Assembly (NCBI GenBank): GCA_045653105.1
Contig: JAZOLL010000060.1
Location: forward strand, 1-58,002
Direction of reading: 5' to 3'
Length of the DNA stretch: 58,002 nt
Origin: Eubacteriales bacterium
GTDB taxonomy: Bacteria; Bacillota; Clostridia; Oscillospirales; CAG-272
How positions within the stretch are numbered: position 1 is the first letter of the stretch; each line of letters opens with the position of its first letter. Positions 18,958 to 31,364 of this stretch are shown in pieces. The notes under the pieces were generated by a model. The model saw nothing but the letters and a program-made list of their open reading frames with translations, was not told the origin of the DNA and did not search any database. Made by a program: the position numbers and the translations under genes.

Positions 18958-20175
18958 TCAGTTCCCCTTTATCTTCTCCGCATAAGCCTTTGCCGCCTGC
19001 TCGGTCTTATTGTCGCCGTAGGTATAGTACTTTCGGTCCTTCAGATCGTTTGGAAGATAGCTCTGCTTTACGTAGTGATTCGGGTAATCGTGCGGGTATT
19101 TATATCCCTTAAAGAGCGGACTTTGCAGGTGCGCGGGCACTTCTCTGCCGAGCCCTGCCTCAACGTCTGCCATTGCCGCGTTTATAGCCGAATAAGCGGT
19201 GTTCGACTTTGGAGCGGTCGCCAGCATTATCGCCGCGTTGCCGAGAGGCACGCGTGCCTCGGGCATTCCGAGCTCCTTTGCCGACTCGCAACAGGCTCTC
19301 GTGATAGCCGCCGCCATCGGATAAGCCGCGCCTATATCCTCGCTCGCGATGACCTGAAGTCTGCGACACACCGATATAAGCTCGCCAAGCGAGAGCAGCT
19401 TTGCCACGTAAAATGCCGCCGCGTCGGGATCAGACCCTCTTATCGACTTTTGCAGGCAGGAGAGCAGATCAAAATGCGTATCGTCGTCAAAATTTCCGAC
19501 TCTCACGTTAAATCCGTTCACGCACTCCTCGGTCAGCTCATCCTCTGCCGCAAAATACGCATTCTCAAGCAGACCTATCGCGCGTCTTACGTCGCCCGAG
19601 GTGCTTTTTGCTATGTAGGTGAGGGTTTCGTCGCTCGCCTCTTTACTTGTGCCGCCCTGCTCGTTGAGATGATCGAGTGCGCGTCTGAGCGCCCTGATGC
19701 AGTCCTTTGCCTCGACGGGCTTGAACTCAAACAGAGAGGAGCGCGAGATTATCGCGTTATACACGTAAAAATGCGGATTTTCGGTGGTCGACGCGATAAG
19801 CGTGACTCTGCCGTCCTCGATATATTCAAGGAGCGACTGCTGCTGTTTTTTATTGAAATACTGTATCTCGTCTATATAAAGCAGGATACCGCCCGTGCAA
19901 AAAATAGAATCTGTCGAGCTGAGTATTCCCTTTACGTCAGAGAGACTTGCCGAGGTCGCGTTGAGCTTGTGAAAGACCATATTCGACTCTCTCGCGATTA
20001 TCTCTGCCGCCGTTGTTTTTCCCGTTCCGGGAGGGCCGTAGAAGATCATATTCGTGACTCTTCCCGCGCCTATCATTTTTCTTATGACTCCGTTCTGACC
20101 GAAGAGATGCGCCTGACCGACTATATCGTCAAAGCTCTTCGGACGAAGCTCGTCTGCAGTTCTGATATTTATCAT
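18958..20175 (-). CDS. rarA: Replication-associated recombination protein A (RarA/MgsA)
   Basis: LRP..FDD.VGQ, GPPGTGKTT, DEI, STTENP, KSIRGSDPDA and SEDIG motifs. Confidence 0.93.
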   Translation of the reverse strand: MINIRTADELRPKSFDDIVGQAHLFGQNGVIRKMIGAGRVTNMIFYGPPGTGKTTAAEIIARESNMVFHKLNATSASLSDVKGILSSTDSIFCTGGILLYIDEIQYFNKKQQQSLLEYIEDGRVTLIASTTENPHFYVYNAIISRSSLFEFKPVEAKDCIRALRRALDHLNEQGGTSKEASDETLTYIAKSTSGDVRRAIGLLENAYFAAEDELTEECVNGFNVRVGNFDDDTHFDLLSCLQKSIRGSDPDAAAFYVAKLLSLGELISVCRRLQVIASEDIGAAYPMAAAITRACCESAKELGMPEARVPLGNAAIMLATAPKSNTAYSAINAAMADVEAGLGREVPAHLQSPLFKGYKYPHDYPNHYVKQSYLPNDLKDRKYYTYGDNKTEQAAKAYAEKIKGN

Positions 20176-20196
20176 ATTCTCTCCGTTATCCGCCGA

Positions 20197-20868
20197 TCAC
20201 ACTATCTTACTCTTGCCGGATGCGCCTGCGGCGCCTATAAAAGTATCAACAAAGTCAAGTATTTTGGGCATTACGAAAAGAAGCACGATGGCAAGGACTA
20301 CCGTCAGCACCGCGATAAGCGCAAATCCGCCCCAGCTTGTGCCGCGCTTGTTGAACTTCATATCCGCCTTGTATTTCTTCTCCTCGGGGATATAGAAGTG
20401 GTCTCTGTCCGCGTCTACCTTGTAGGGTATTTCGACAAACTTTCTGCCCTCGCGCTCAGCCGCCTCGCGTTCAGCTGCCATTTTTTCATTGTACTGCTCT
20501 TCCTCAACGCATCTGACCACGCTGCGGATATTCGTACCCCTGCGAACGCTGTTTCGTATGATATATTTCTCGGAGTATCCGAGCTCATCGAGAGTCTTTG
20601 CGCTCTCCTTTGAGAGGCATTCCTCGGAAAGCAGGGCTCTTATAAAGTCGCCAAGCACCCGCTTGTCTATTACAGACGCAAACGCGGCGATAATTATGCC
20701 TATCGCGAGCGCTATGATTATCATGGGAACAGATATCATCGTTCCCGTGCCGAAGCCGAGATTTTCATAGGGCTTGCTGTAGGCTATGCTGAAATAATTG
20801 CGAAAATACTCTACCGCCTCCTGCCAGAAGGTCGGCTCTTTCGCAAAGATCATTGTTGGTATATACAT
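20197..20868 (-). CDS. Hypothetical membrane protein (2 TM)
   Basis: 223-aa ORF with AGGAG RBS and two hydrophobic segments. Confidence 0.75.
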   Translation of the reverse strand: MYIPTMIFAKEPTFWQEAVEYFRNYFSIAYSKPYENLGFGTGTMISVPMIIIALAIGIIIAAFASVIDKRVLGDFIRALLSEECLSKESAKTLDELGYSEKYIIRNSVRRGTNIRSVVRCVEEEQYNEKMAAEREAAEREGRKFVEIPYKVDADRDHFYIPEEKKYKADMKFNKRGTSWGGFALIAVLTVVLAIVLLFVMPKILDFVDTFIGAAGASGKSKIV

Positions 20869-20903
20869 AGTTTCTCCTTAGATTAGGGGATATAAGCAGA
20901 AAT

Positions 20904-21040
20904 CGTTTGCCGCTTTTTCTTTTGAGTGAAGAGGCCCAAAAGAAAAAGCTAACAAAAAGAAAAGTGCCGTGAAAGACCTCAAGGGGCTACTCGCCCCTTG
21001 AGATCCCTCGCAACCTTTTAGGAAAAAGGTTGACGAAAAC
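20904..21040 (+). repeat. Intergenic repeat family B, full copy
   Basis: GTTTGCCGCTTTTTCTTTTG...CAAAAGAAAAAGCT...GC hairpin...CAACCTTTT..GAAAAAGGTTGACGAAAAC; near-identical copies at 27624 and 38285. Confidence 0.85.
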
Positions 21041-21056
21041 CGTTGGCAAAAGAATA

Positions 21057-23600
21057 TTATTCTTCTGTAGCCGCTACTTCCTCTGCGCCCTCTGTCTCCT
21101 CTGCTATCTCCTCGTCCTCTTCACGCTCTACCTTTGTAAAGTTCACGAGAGTCTGACCCTCGGAGAGTCTCATTACGATAACTCCTCCCGCGGTTCTCGA
21201 ATAGCTGGGAATGTCTCGGGCGGGTGTTCTGATGATCGTTCCCGAGTCGGTTATCATCATGATATCGTCCTCGTCGTCAACTGCCGCGATTCCGCAAAGC
21301 TTTCCTGTCTTTTCGCTGAGGTTGTGGCAAACGACTCCGTGTCCACCTCTGTGCTTCATCTCTCTGAAGTTCTCGAAGGGCGTTCTCTTACCAAAGCCGT
21401 TTCTGGTTATCGTGATAAGGTCCTTTGTCTCGTCAACTACCGCAACGCCTGTTACGTAGTCGCCGTCGCGAAGCGCGATACCTCTTACACCTCTTGCGGT
21501 TCTGCCCATCGATCTTACGTTGTTTACAGAGTATCTTACCGCGCAGCCGTTAGCGGTAGCGAGGAGTATCTCGCAGTCGTCAACGGTGTGCATTACGAAT
21601 ACGAGCTCGTCGCCCTCGTCAAGATTTATAGCGATCTTTCCGCCCTTGCGCTGATACTCGTATTCCTTTATCGGAGTTCTCTTGATAACTCCGCACTTTG
21701 TTACCATTGTGTGGTACTCGCCCTCGTTGAACTCGGGCACGCTGATGAGAGCTGTGATCTTCTCTCCGGGGAGCATCTCGATGATATTTACGATGTTCGT
21801 TCCCTTTGCGGTTCTCGAGGATTCGGGTATCTGGTACGCCTTTCTCATATGTACCTTGCCCATATTCGTAAACATCATGATGTAGGAATGGCTGTCCACA
21901 GCCACCACCTGCTCGATAAAGTCCTCTTCCTTGGTGGACATACCGATGATTCCCTTTCCTCCGCGTCTCTGCGCCGAGTAGGTGTCTGCGGGAAGTCTCT
22001 TGATATAGCCCGCGTGTGTCATTGTGATAACACACTTGTGGCGCTCGATAAGATCCTCAAGGTCGATGTCGTCTGTAGACTCAACGATATCTGTTCTTCT
22101 CTCGTCAGAGAACTTGCGCTTGATCTCCTGCATCTCGTCCTTGATTATCTGATTGATCTTCTGAGGATCGGCAAGTATGCCCTCAAGCTCAGCTATTGTC
22201 GCGTGGAGTCTTGCGAGCTCGTCCTCTATCTTGTCTCTCTCCATGCCTGTGAGCTTGCCGAGAGTCATCTCAACGATCGCCTGCGCCTGAATTTCGGTGA
22301 GCTGCTTTACGCCCTCGATCTCTGTTGAGAACTCGTCAGCAAATTTCACCGTGAAGAACTCACCCATAAGTCTCTCCTTAGCCTCGGGGATAGACTTAGA
22401 TGTCTTCATTATCTCTATTATTCTGTCGATATTGTCGATAGCGATGTGGTAGCCCTCAACGATATGCGCTCTTGCCTTTGCCTTGTCAAGATCAAACTTT
22501 ACGCGTCTGTAGATGACAGACTGCTGATGCTCGATATAGTGATCGAGTATCTGCGGGAGCGAGAGGATCTTGGGCTCATTGTTGATAAGCGCGAGCATAT
22601 TGACAGCGCAGGTATCCTGAAGCTGTGAGTACTTGTAGAGCTGGTTGAGGATTATCTGACCGTTTGCGTCTCTTCTGTACTCGATAACGATCCTCATACC
22701 GTCTCTGCCCGACTCGTCGCGCATGTCGGTAATACCCTCTATTCTCTTGTCGTTAACAAGATCGGCTATCGCCTTGCAGAGCATACTCTTGTTGACACCG
22801 TAGGGGATCTCTGAAACGATGATACGGTGCTTGTCCTCCTCGACCTCAGCCTTGGCTCTGACAGTTATTCTGCCCTTACCTGTGGTGTAAGCCTGAAGTA
22901 TTCCGCTTGTTCCGTAGATAGTAGCATACGTCGGGAAATCGGGTCCCTTCATATACTGCATAAGCTCGGGAACTGTGCTCTCGGGATTGTCTATTCTATA
23001 GACTGTAGCGTCTATAACCTCACCGAGGTTGTGAGGGGGGATATTTGTTGCCATACCGACGGCAATTCCCATAGCTCCGTTGACAAGGAGGTTGGGGAAT
23101 CTTGCGGGAAGGACCTTGGGCTCTTTTCTTCTGTTATCGAAGTTGGGCATAAAGTCAACGACGTCCTTTTCAAGGTCAGCCATAAGCTCGTCGGATATCT
23201 TTGCCATTCTCGCCTCGGTATAACGGTAAGCCGCAGCTCCGTCTCCGTCGACAGAACCGAAGTTTCCGTGGCCCTCAACGAGGGGATATCTGTAGGAGAA
23301 GTCCTGCGCCATACGAACCATAGTTCCGTAAACGGCAGAGTCACCGTGGGGGTGATAACGACCGAGCACGTTACCGACAGTGGTAGCGGACTTACGGAAG
23401 GGCTTATCGTATGTGAGGTTGTCCTCGTACATAGCGTACATTATACGTCTCTGACCGGGCTTCATACCGTCACGCGCATCGGGAAGAGCGCGCGCGGCAA
23501 TAACAGACATTGAGTATTCGATAAAGGATTTTTTAACTTCCTTTTCCATTTCAACGTCAACTATTTTTTGGTCTCTGAATTCTATGTTTTCGTTTTCCAA
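21057..23600 (-). CDS. gyrA: DNA gyrase subunit A
   Basis: [14 protein letters not shown], GyrA-box QRRGGKG, acidic tail. Confidence 0.98.
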   Translation of the reverse strand: MENENIEFRDQKIVDVEMEKEVKKSFIEYSMSVIAARALPDARDGMKPGQRRIMYAMYEDNLTYDKPFRKSATTVGNVLGRYHPHGDSAVYGTMVRMAQDFSYRYPLVEGHGNFGSVDGDGAAAYRYTEARMAKISDELMADLEKDVVDFMPNFDNRRKEPKVLPARFPNLLVNGAMGIAVGMATNIPPHNLGEVIDATVYRIDNPESTVPELMQYMKGPDFPTYATIYGTSGILQAYTTGKGRITVRAKAEVEEDKHRIIVSEIPYGVNKSMLCKAIADLVNDKRIEGITDMRDESGRDGMRIVIEYRRDANGQIILNQLYKYSQLQDTCAVNMLALINNEPKILSLPQILDHYIEHQQSVIYRRVKFDLDKAKARAHIVEGYHIAIDNIDRIIEIMKTSKSIPEAKERLMGEFFTVKFADEFSTEIEGVKQLTEIQAQAIVEMTLGKLTGMERDKIEDELARLHATIAELEGILADPQKINQIIKDEMQEIKRKFSDERRTDIVESTDDIDLEDLIERHKCVITMTHAGYIKRLPADTYSAQRRGGKGIIGMSTKEEDFIEQVVAVDSHSYIMMFTNMGKVHMRKAYQIPESSRTAKGTNIVNIIEMLPGEKITALISVPEFNEGEYHTMVTKCGVIKRTPIKEYEYQRKGGKIAINLDEGDELVFVMHTVDDCEILLATANGCAVRYSVNNVRSMGRTARGVRGIALRDGDYVTGVAVVDETKDLITITRNGFGKRTPFENFREMKHRGGHGVVCHNLSEKTGKLCGIAAVDDEDDIMMITDSGTIIRTPARDIPSYSRTAGGVIVMRLSEGQTLVNFTKVEREEDEEIAEETEGAEEVAATEE

Positions 23601-23630
23601 TTTAATTACTCGCCTTTCTGATGTTTGTTC

Positions 23631-23818
23631 TTGTAGGGCTCTGCCCTACAACCCGTTCAAAAAACTTTTTGAAAAAAGTTTCTTGAAAATCTTCAAAAAC
23701 TTCCTAAAAGTAGCATACTTAAAATTAAGCCTACCCCCTCTTTTAAAGTTTTTGAAAGGGGAGGAGGTGCAGGAGGAGGGCGAAAACTTTTTCTAAAAAG
23801 TTTTCCACTCCTCCTGCA
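23631..23818. repeat. Inverted doublet of family B/C palindromes between gyrB and gyrA
   Basis: AAACTTTTTGAAAAAAGTTT core and GAAAACTTTTTCTAAAAAGTTTTC core with GC-rich arms. Confidence 0.75.
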
Positions 23819-23831
23819 TTATTCACACCAA

Positions 23832-25784
<1,953 letters not shown>

Positions 25785-25804
25785 TTATTGTAGGTATGGG
25801 TTTA

Positions 25805-25862
25805 TGCGGGGCTACTCGCCCCACTCCCCCGCCACTTTTTGAAAAAAGTGGACAAAAACTTC
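25805..25862 (+). repeat. Family B half element
   Basis: GC hairpin plus CCACTTTTTGAAAAAAGTGGACAAAAACTT. Confidence 0.75.
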
Positions 25863-25897
25863 CGTAAAGGAAGTGTATATAATTTGATTTTATTTTT

Positions 25898-26018
25898 AGC
25901 CTCCCTTGTGTAAAGGGAGGTGGCACGGCAACGCCGTGACGGAAGGATTGTGAATTATGTTTTAAGAACAATCCCTCACCCATCTTTGATGGGGGCTCCC
26001 TTTACACAAGGGAACCTT
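25898..26018. repeat. Palindromic repeat family A, copy 2
   Basis: CTCCCTTGTGTAAAGGGAG...CTCCCTTTACACAAGGGA. Confidence 0.85.
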
Positions 26019-26043
26019 GGTATTATGTAACCTAAGCTACTCT

Positions 26044-26298
26044 CTACCCAACGATATCCATTCTGCCGTAAAGTGCCGCGCTTGAGAGCTGAGAGAAGCA
26101 GACGTTCATTTTTCCATCGGCTTCATAGAGCACAAAGGATTTAGGTATCTCCTCATTTGCGCTCTCGACAAGCCCTTTTTTCTGGCTATCACTGAGAAAT
26201 TTTCTCGTTATCATTGAGACCGTTGCGTTATCCATATCAAAGATCCCGATTATATCTTTTTTTCTTATATTTTTATTATTTCCGACGTGAAGAAACAT
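26044..26298 (-). CDS. remB: DUF370 / RemB-like protein
   Basis: MFLHVG...IIGIFD...PKSFV...S.LSS; position between recF and gyrB. Confidence 0.85.
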   Translation of the reverse strand: MFLHVGNNKNIRKKDIIGIFDMDNATVSMITRKFLSDSQKKGLVESANEEIPKSFVLYEADGKMNVCFSQLSSAALYGRMDIVG

Positions 26299-26314
26299 TT
26301 GTCACCTGTCTCCT

Positions 26315-27418
26315 TTACTCGAAATAGTGTCCGCCCTCGACTCGGATCAGCTTAAATTCCCCGTCGACAAGGCTCTCGCAACAGGTCATAATTACCTGCT
26401 TATCCTTTATCCTGCCCGTGAGGTACGCGCGCCTCTCGGCGTCAAGCTCGGAGAGAACGTCGTCAAGGAGCAACACGGGATAGTCCCCAAACTCCTCACA
26501 GCAAATATCTCCCTCGGCAATTTTAAGCGCCAGAGAGAGCGATCTCTGCTGTCCCTGAGACGCATATACCCTTGCCTCTTTCGAGTTGAGGCGGATATCT
26601 ATATCATCCTTGTGGACACCCCAAAGCGTAGCTCCGGCTCCAATCTCACGCTCGTAATTAGAGGTGAGCAGCGAGATATATCTCGCCTCGGTAGCAGATA
26701 CGTCAAGGCATTCCTCCTCGCTCGCGTGTGAGGACGAGACGTAGTGAAGCTCTGCGACCTCTCTGCCCGAGGTCATATCAGAAAAGCACTCGCGCACGCA
26801 AACGTCGGCTCGCTTTATAAACTCCGCGCGGTATTTGGATATCACCGCCGCCTCGTGAGCAAGCTTTAGAGACCAAAGCTCGATAGTGGCATCAAAGGTC
26901 TCTCTGTTCTGCGGAGCGTCCTTTATAAGCGCATTTCTCTGCTTTAATATGTAATTGTAGGTCTGAAGAGTTCTCATATAAAGCGGATAGAGGCGGCTGA
27001 TCGCGATGTCGAGATAATTTCGTCTGACAGACGGACCGTCCTTGATAAGTGAGAGATGCTCGGGGCAAAACAGCACTGCTCTGAAATTTCCCACAAGCTC
27101 GGACATTTTATCGATCTTTAGCCCATTTTTCTCCACTCTGCGGACACGGTCTCGGAAAAGACTTATCGTCAGCTCGTTATCTCTTTTCGCATCGTTGTAA
27201 TCCAGCTTTATTTTAGCCGAGCTCTCGCCGAATCTTATTATTTCTGCCGCGTGAGTCGAGCGGAAGCTCTTGCCCACAGAGGCATAAAATATTGCTTCTA
27301 AGAGGTTTGTTTTTCCCTGTGCATTAGCTCCTAGCAAAATGTTAGTCCCCTCGGAAAAGCTTACCTCTGCCGACTCAATGTTGCGAAAATTTTCAAGTGT
27401 TATCTTTTTACAATACAT
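26315..27418 (-). CDS. recF: DNA replication/repair protein RecF
   Basis: NFRN, GANAQGKTNLLEAI, SQGQQR and LLLDDVLSELD motifs. Confidence 0.97.
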   Translation of the reverse strand: MYCKKITLENFRNIESAEVSFSEGTNILLGANAQGKTNLLEAIFYASVGKSFRSTHAAEIIRFGESSAKIKLDYNDAKRDNELTISLFRDRVRRVEKNGLKIDKMSELVGNFRAVLFCPEHLSLIKDGPSVRRNYLDIAISRLYPLYMRTLQTYNYILKQRNALIKDAPQNRETFDATIELWSLKLAHEAAVISKYRAEFIKRADVCVRECFSDMTSGREVAELHYVSSSHASEEECLDVSATEARYISLLTSNYEREIGAGATLWGVHKDDIDIRLNSKEARVYASQGQQRSLSLALKIAEGDICCEEFGDYPVLLLDDVLSELDAERRAYLTGRIKDKQVIMTCCESLVDGEFKLIRVEGGHYFE

Positions 27419-27427
27419 TGTTACATT

Positions 27428-27491
27428 AGGGGTTTTTTCGGGACGCCGTCCCGTACCCTGCCACCTTTTAAAAAAGGTGGACGAAAACTTT
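27428..27491 (+). repeat. Family B half element
   Basis: GC hairpin plus CCACCTTTTAAAAAAGGTGGACGAAAACTTT. Confidence 0.7.
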
Positions 27492-27623
27492 CTGAAAAAT
27501 ATGTGTTTTTATTACTTACGAGATTATTATATCAAATAAAAAGGCTCTGTTACTGACAGAAAATTGTCAGTAACGGTTTTTTGGGGTAGAATTTGGTGTG
27601 AAATGTGTGGAGAACGTCTTGGT

Positions 27624-27796
27624 CGTTTGCCGCTTTTTCTTTTGAGCGAGTAGGCGCAAAAGAAAAAGCTAACAAAAAGAAAAGCGCCGAAAGAGAGGAA
27701 GGTCGTAAGGCGCTCCGCGCGCCTTACTAACCGCGCAACCTTTTGAAAAAGGTTGACGAAAACTTTCTTGATGGAAGCATGCTTTGACTAAGACTT
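27624..27796 (+). repeat. Intergenic repeat family B, full copy
   Basis: Matches 20904-21040 and 38285-38438, including the GCATGCTTTGA..AAGACTT tail shared with the latter. Confidence 0.85.
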
Positions 27797-27886
27797 AGGC
27801 AGCACCCATTCTGAATCCCATAACCGTCTATAAACAAGTTTGCTTTGCAAACTTGGCGTTTAAGCTCACATCGTGAGCTTAAACAG

Positions 27887-29041
27887 TTACTCCTTCATTC
27901 TTACAGGGAGGATCATGAAGATCTCTTCCTTGCCCTCAACCTCCTCGCCGGGCTCGATATTGATGCTTGTGAGCGCGCTTGAGAGGGAGATCTTTATCTT
28001 TTCAGAGTCACATGCTCTGACGCTGTCTATAAGGAATCTGTTATTGAACGCGATAACTATATCGGGTCCTTCCTGCTCAACCGCAAGCTCGTCGTAAATA
28101 GCGCCCGACGCGGATGTAGCGGATACCTTAAAGAGTCCGCCCGCGATATCGAGCTTAACGTGAGAGCGAACGCTTCCCGCGATTCTCTCCTCTGTTACGA
28201 GTGCCGCACGCTCAAGCGCGCTTACAAGCTCTGCCTTGGGAGCTACAACAGTTATCTTGTGGTTTCTTATAACTATTCTCTCAAAGTCGATATAGTTGCC
28301 GTCGATAAGGCGGGAGAAGAATGTCAGCTCGCCGATAAGGCATACTATATGCTTTCTTGTAACGTAGATCTGTGTGAGAGCCTCCTCGTCGTCAGAAAGG
28401 AGTCTGGAGAGCTCGTTTACTGTCTTTACGGGTACGATAAAGGAATAATCAAGGTGCGCGTTGCCGTTTGTGTTCTTATTCTCAAGCTCCGCTGTGCACT
28501 TGCACTTAGCGCTCTTGAAGCCGTCGCAGGCAACCGTCATGATAGAATCGTCAGCTATCTTGAAGAAACAGCCGTTGAGCACTGCTCTCTGGTCATTGGA
28601 TGCCATAGCAAAGCCGACCTGACCGATCATCTTTTTGAGTATCGCCTGAGAAACGATAAAGCTTCTGTCGCTCACGAGATCGGGGATCGCGGGGAAATCA
28701 GAGCCCGCGAGAGCGCTCATTCTGTGAGAGGATCTTCCGCAGCTGATACAAGCGATCATCTTGCTGTCGACCGAGAGGGTGATCTCGTCGCCACCCATGA
28801 CCTTGATGGTCTGGTTGAACTTCTGCGCGTTGATTATAAAGCTTCCCTCTTCTATTACCTTAGCCTCTATAGTAACTCTTACACCCTTTTCAAGGTCGTA
28901 GGTCGTGAGTGTTACGGTGTCGGGCATTTTTGCTTCTATGAGTATTCCCTCTATAGTAGAGAGAACGGATTTACCGGATACCGCACACATAAGAGGCGCT
29001 ACCGCAGAGATGACCGTGGACTTGTCAAAAATAACTTTCAT
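27887..29041 (-). CDS. dnaN: DNA polymerase III beta clamp
   Basis: SRLIDGNY, IAFN..FL and C-terminal ILPVR motifs; adjacent to dnaA. Confidence 0.96.
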   Translation of the reverse strand: MKVIFDKSTVISAVAPLMCAVSGKSVLSTIEGILIEAKMPDTVTLTTYDLEKGVRVTIEAKVIEEGSFIINAQKFNQTIKVMGGDEITLSVDSKMIACISCGRSSHRMSALAGSDFPAIPDLVSDRSFIVSQAILKKMIGQVGFAMASNDQRAVLNGCFFKIADDSIMTVACDGFKSAKCKCTAELENKNTNGNAHLDYSFIVPVKTVNELSRLLSDDEEALTQIYVTRKHIVCLIGELTFFSRLIDGNYIDFERIVIRNHKITVVAPKAELVSALERAALVTEERIAGSVRSHVKLDIAGGLFKVSATSASGAIYDELAVEQEGPDIVIAFNNRFLIDSVRACDSEKIKISLSSALTSINIEPGEEVEGKEEIFMILPVRMKE

Positions 29042-29044
29042 TTC

Positions 29045-29540
29045 GCTGTCTCCTTAAAATAAAATAACATAAATAAATAAAAATAATTTTTTAGCAGTAT
29101 AAGTATTAGGGGCTGTTGAAACTGTGGAAAAGTTTTTGTGCCTTGAAATATAAGGCTTTGCGGGTGGTGTGGGTGTTGACAGAGCTCTTGAAAAGGCTGT
29201 TTGTTGTGTGTGGAAGGATTGTGGACAAGTCGGTTTTTTGATTTTTTGTCCTTTTTTCACTCTGTTTTTTATGAGATTTTTACCCAAAAAATCAAAGCCT
29301 ATTTTATCAACAGAAAATTCCACAGGCTTTTTTGAGGCTTTTCTGTTGACAACTTCTGTCGCCTTTTTTATTGCCGTATTTTTCCACAGCCAAAAGTCGA
29401 ATTTTGTCAACAGGTGAAAATCTCGCGAGAAGCCAAACATCGCCTGTATTTTAGAGTTTTTCTTTTATTCTGTCTGCCACAGGATATCAACAGTTTATCA
29501 ACAGGTTTTTCTCCTGTTGGATTCCTGTTGAAAAGCTGTT
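29045..29540. other. oriC: Replication origin oriC (DnaA-box cluster, DnaA-trios, AT-rich unwinding element)
   Basis: More than 10 DnaA-box-like 9-mers (29114, 29123, 29174, 29220, 29304, 29344, 29380, 29404, 29484, 29495, 29526); minus strand reads box-box-GCCCC-TAA TAC TTA TAC TGC TAA (29091-29108)-AT-rich tract toward dnaN. Confidence 0.9.
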
Positions 29541-29541
29541 A

Positions 29542-31002
29542 TCAGTATATCATTTCCTCAAGCTCACGCTTGATATCGTGTATCTCGATATTGAAAAGCG
29601 GGTCGACGTACATCTGCTTTTTGACCTTGTCGTAAGAGGAGATTATCGTGGAGTGGTCTCTGTTGCCCATCATCTTTCCGATGTTCGGGAAGGACATCTC
29701 TGTCACCTCTCTGATAAGATAGCACATAATGTGACGCGCGTTTGCTATTTCTTTATTCTTTTTAGGTCCGATTATATCCTCCTTGCTCACTCCGTATTTC
29801 TTATATACGGTGGAGAATATCTTATCGACCGTGATGCTTATCGGCTCTGCCCCGCCAAGGAGCTCTGCGATGCATCCGTTTGCGGTCTCGACCGATATTT
29901 CCTGACCTGTGAGGAAGCTCAGCGCACTGAGCTTTTTGACTGCTCCCTCTATCTGTCTGATGTTTGATCTGAGGTTTTCCGCAAGGAAGCTCAGCACGTC
30001 GTCAGAGAGCTCGATAGCTATCTGCTCTGCCTTTTTCTTGATTATCGCGATGCGAAGCTCAAGATCCGGCGGCTCGATGTCAGCAAGCAGTCCCCACTCG
30101 AATCTCGTTCTGAGTCTGTCCTCAAGCGTGTTGATGTCCTTGGGAGGACGGTCAGACGAGAGGATTATCTGCTTTCTCTGTTCATAAAGCTCGTTAAACG
30201 TGTGGAAGAACTCCTCCTGTGTGGATGTCTTGCCCGCGATGAACTGAATATCGTCGATGAGAAGTATATCGCAGTTTCTGTATTTCTGGCGGAATTTATC
30301 CATCTCGTGCTTCGAGAGGCTCTCGATCATCTGATTTGTGAAATCCTCGCCCTTTATATAAACGACCGTGAGAGATGCGTCCTTCTTTCTGAGCTCGTTT
30401 ACTACCGCGTGCATAAGGTGTGTTTTTCCAAGTCCGCTCGGTCCGTAGATAAAGAGCGGATTGTATGTCGCGGGCGAGCGCTTTGCGACAGCAAGGCAAG
30501 CCGCGTGCGCGAATTTATTTGAGTTTCCGACAATGAAGTTGTCGAATGTGTATTCAAAATTGTAGTTCTGAAGCTGGAGAATTTTTTCAGCGTCGCTCGG
30601 GGACTCTTCTCCGTTTGCCTTTGCCTCAGCCACCGCTTCCTCAGCGACCCTCAGCTCCTCGCGGTGCTGCTCCTCTTCAGCCTCGATCCTCGCGGAATAT
30701 CCGCCGATATGCTCTCTGGGTGCCTCGAGATCTATTCCCTCGGGGTCATAGATGACCTCGCAAGTGATATCAAAGCCCAAAAGCTTTTTGAATTTGTCCT
30801 CTACCTTTACGAGGTAGTGGTCCTTTATTATCGTGTATTTAAACTCGGAATCGGTTACAAAAGTGACTTTTTTATCTTCAAAATTTGTGAGATCAAGATC
30901 GCGGAACCAAAGGTCAACGACAGACTGGGAAAGCCCGTCAACCTCAATAAAAGAGGTCTTGACCATCTCCCATATAGCTTTTATTTCGTCAAGATAAGCC
31001 AT
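29542..31002 (-). CDS. dnaA: Chromosomal replication initiator DnaA
   Basis: YTFDNF, YNPLFIYGPSGLGKTHL, LLIDDIQF, QEEFFHTFN and RDHST motifs. Confidence 0.98.
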   Translation of the reverse strand: MAYLDEIKAIWEMVKTSFIEVDGLSQSVVDLWFRDLDLTNFEDKKVTFVTDSEFKYTIIKDHYLVKVEDKFKKLLGFDITCEVIYDPEGIDLEAPREHIGGYSARIEAEEEQHREELRVAEEAVAEAKANGEESPSDAEKILQLQNYNFEYTFDNFIVGNSNKFAHAACLAVAKRSPATYNPLFIYGPSGLGKTHLMHAVVNELRKKDASLTVVYIKGEDFTNQMIESLSKHEMDKFRQKYRNCDILLIDDIQFIAGKTSTQEEFFHTFNELYEQRKQIILSSDRPPKDINTLEDRLRTRFEWGLLADIEPPDLELRIAIIKKKAEQIAIELSDDVLSFLAENLRSNIRQIEGAVKKLSALSFLTGQEISVETANGCIAELLGGAEPISITVDKIFSTVYKKYGVSKEDIIGPKKNKEIANARHIMCYLIREVTEMSFPNIGKMMGNRDHSTIISSYDKVKKQMYVDPLFNIEIHDIKRELEEMIY

Positions 31003-31065
31003 TTATTTTGCGATCCTCCTTTCTGTATTTATACGTCGTCCATTATATTTTAATATATATATAGT

Positions 31066-31094
31066 ATTATAATATATAATGTGCCTTTTTGCAA
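31066..31094 (-). promoter_or_regulatory. sigma-A promoter of dnaA
   Basis: Minus strand TTGCAA-N17-TATAAT. Confidence 0.7.
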
Positions 31095-31218
31095 TATTTT
31101 TTTCACTTTTTCAGCCAAAAGTTTACAGAAAGTTTATATTTTAATGGGTAGAAAAAAGCCAAAATGAGGTGAGATGGATCTGATCAAAGCATTCCTTACT
31201 ACATATCCTAAAAAAATA

Positions 31219-31247
31219 TTGACAGTTTTAAAATAATATGGTATAAT
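31219..31247 (+). promoter_or_regulatory. Consensus sigma-A promoter divergent from dnaA
   Basis: TTGACA-N17-TATAAT with extended TG. Confidence 0.85.
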
Positions 31248-31325
31248 ACTTATGCAAAGAAACCGAATAGTTCGACGACTATGCGACAGCAAAGCCGCCA
31301 GACATATTAAAGCTTAAACCGCTAT

Positions 31326-31364
31326 ACGCATAGACTTGCTAAAGAGCAGATCTGTGCGTTTTTT
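31326..31364 (+). terminator. Terminator/attenuator hairpin in a 5' leader
   Basis: ACGCATAGA..TGCT-aaag-AGCA..TCTGTGCGT followed by a T run, upstream of the next CDS. Confidence 0.7.

Noticed and set aside
18817-20613. 598-aa plus-strand ORF
   Set aside because: Antisense to rarA and its neighbours; no motifs
29054-29440. ORFs in the dnaA-dnaN spacer
   Set aside because: The region is oriC; low-complexity translations without RBS
31255-31320. c-di-GMP-I riboswitch (GCAAAGC-like segment)
   Set aside because: Lacks the GGCAAA/GNRA-tetraloop and receptor architecture
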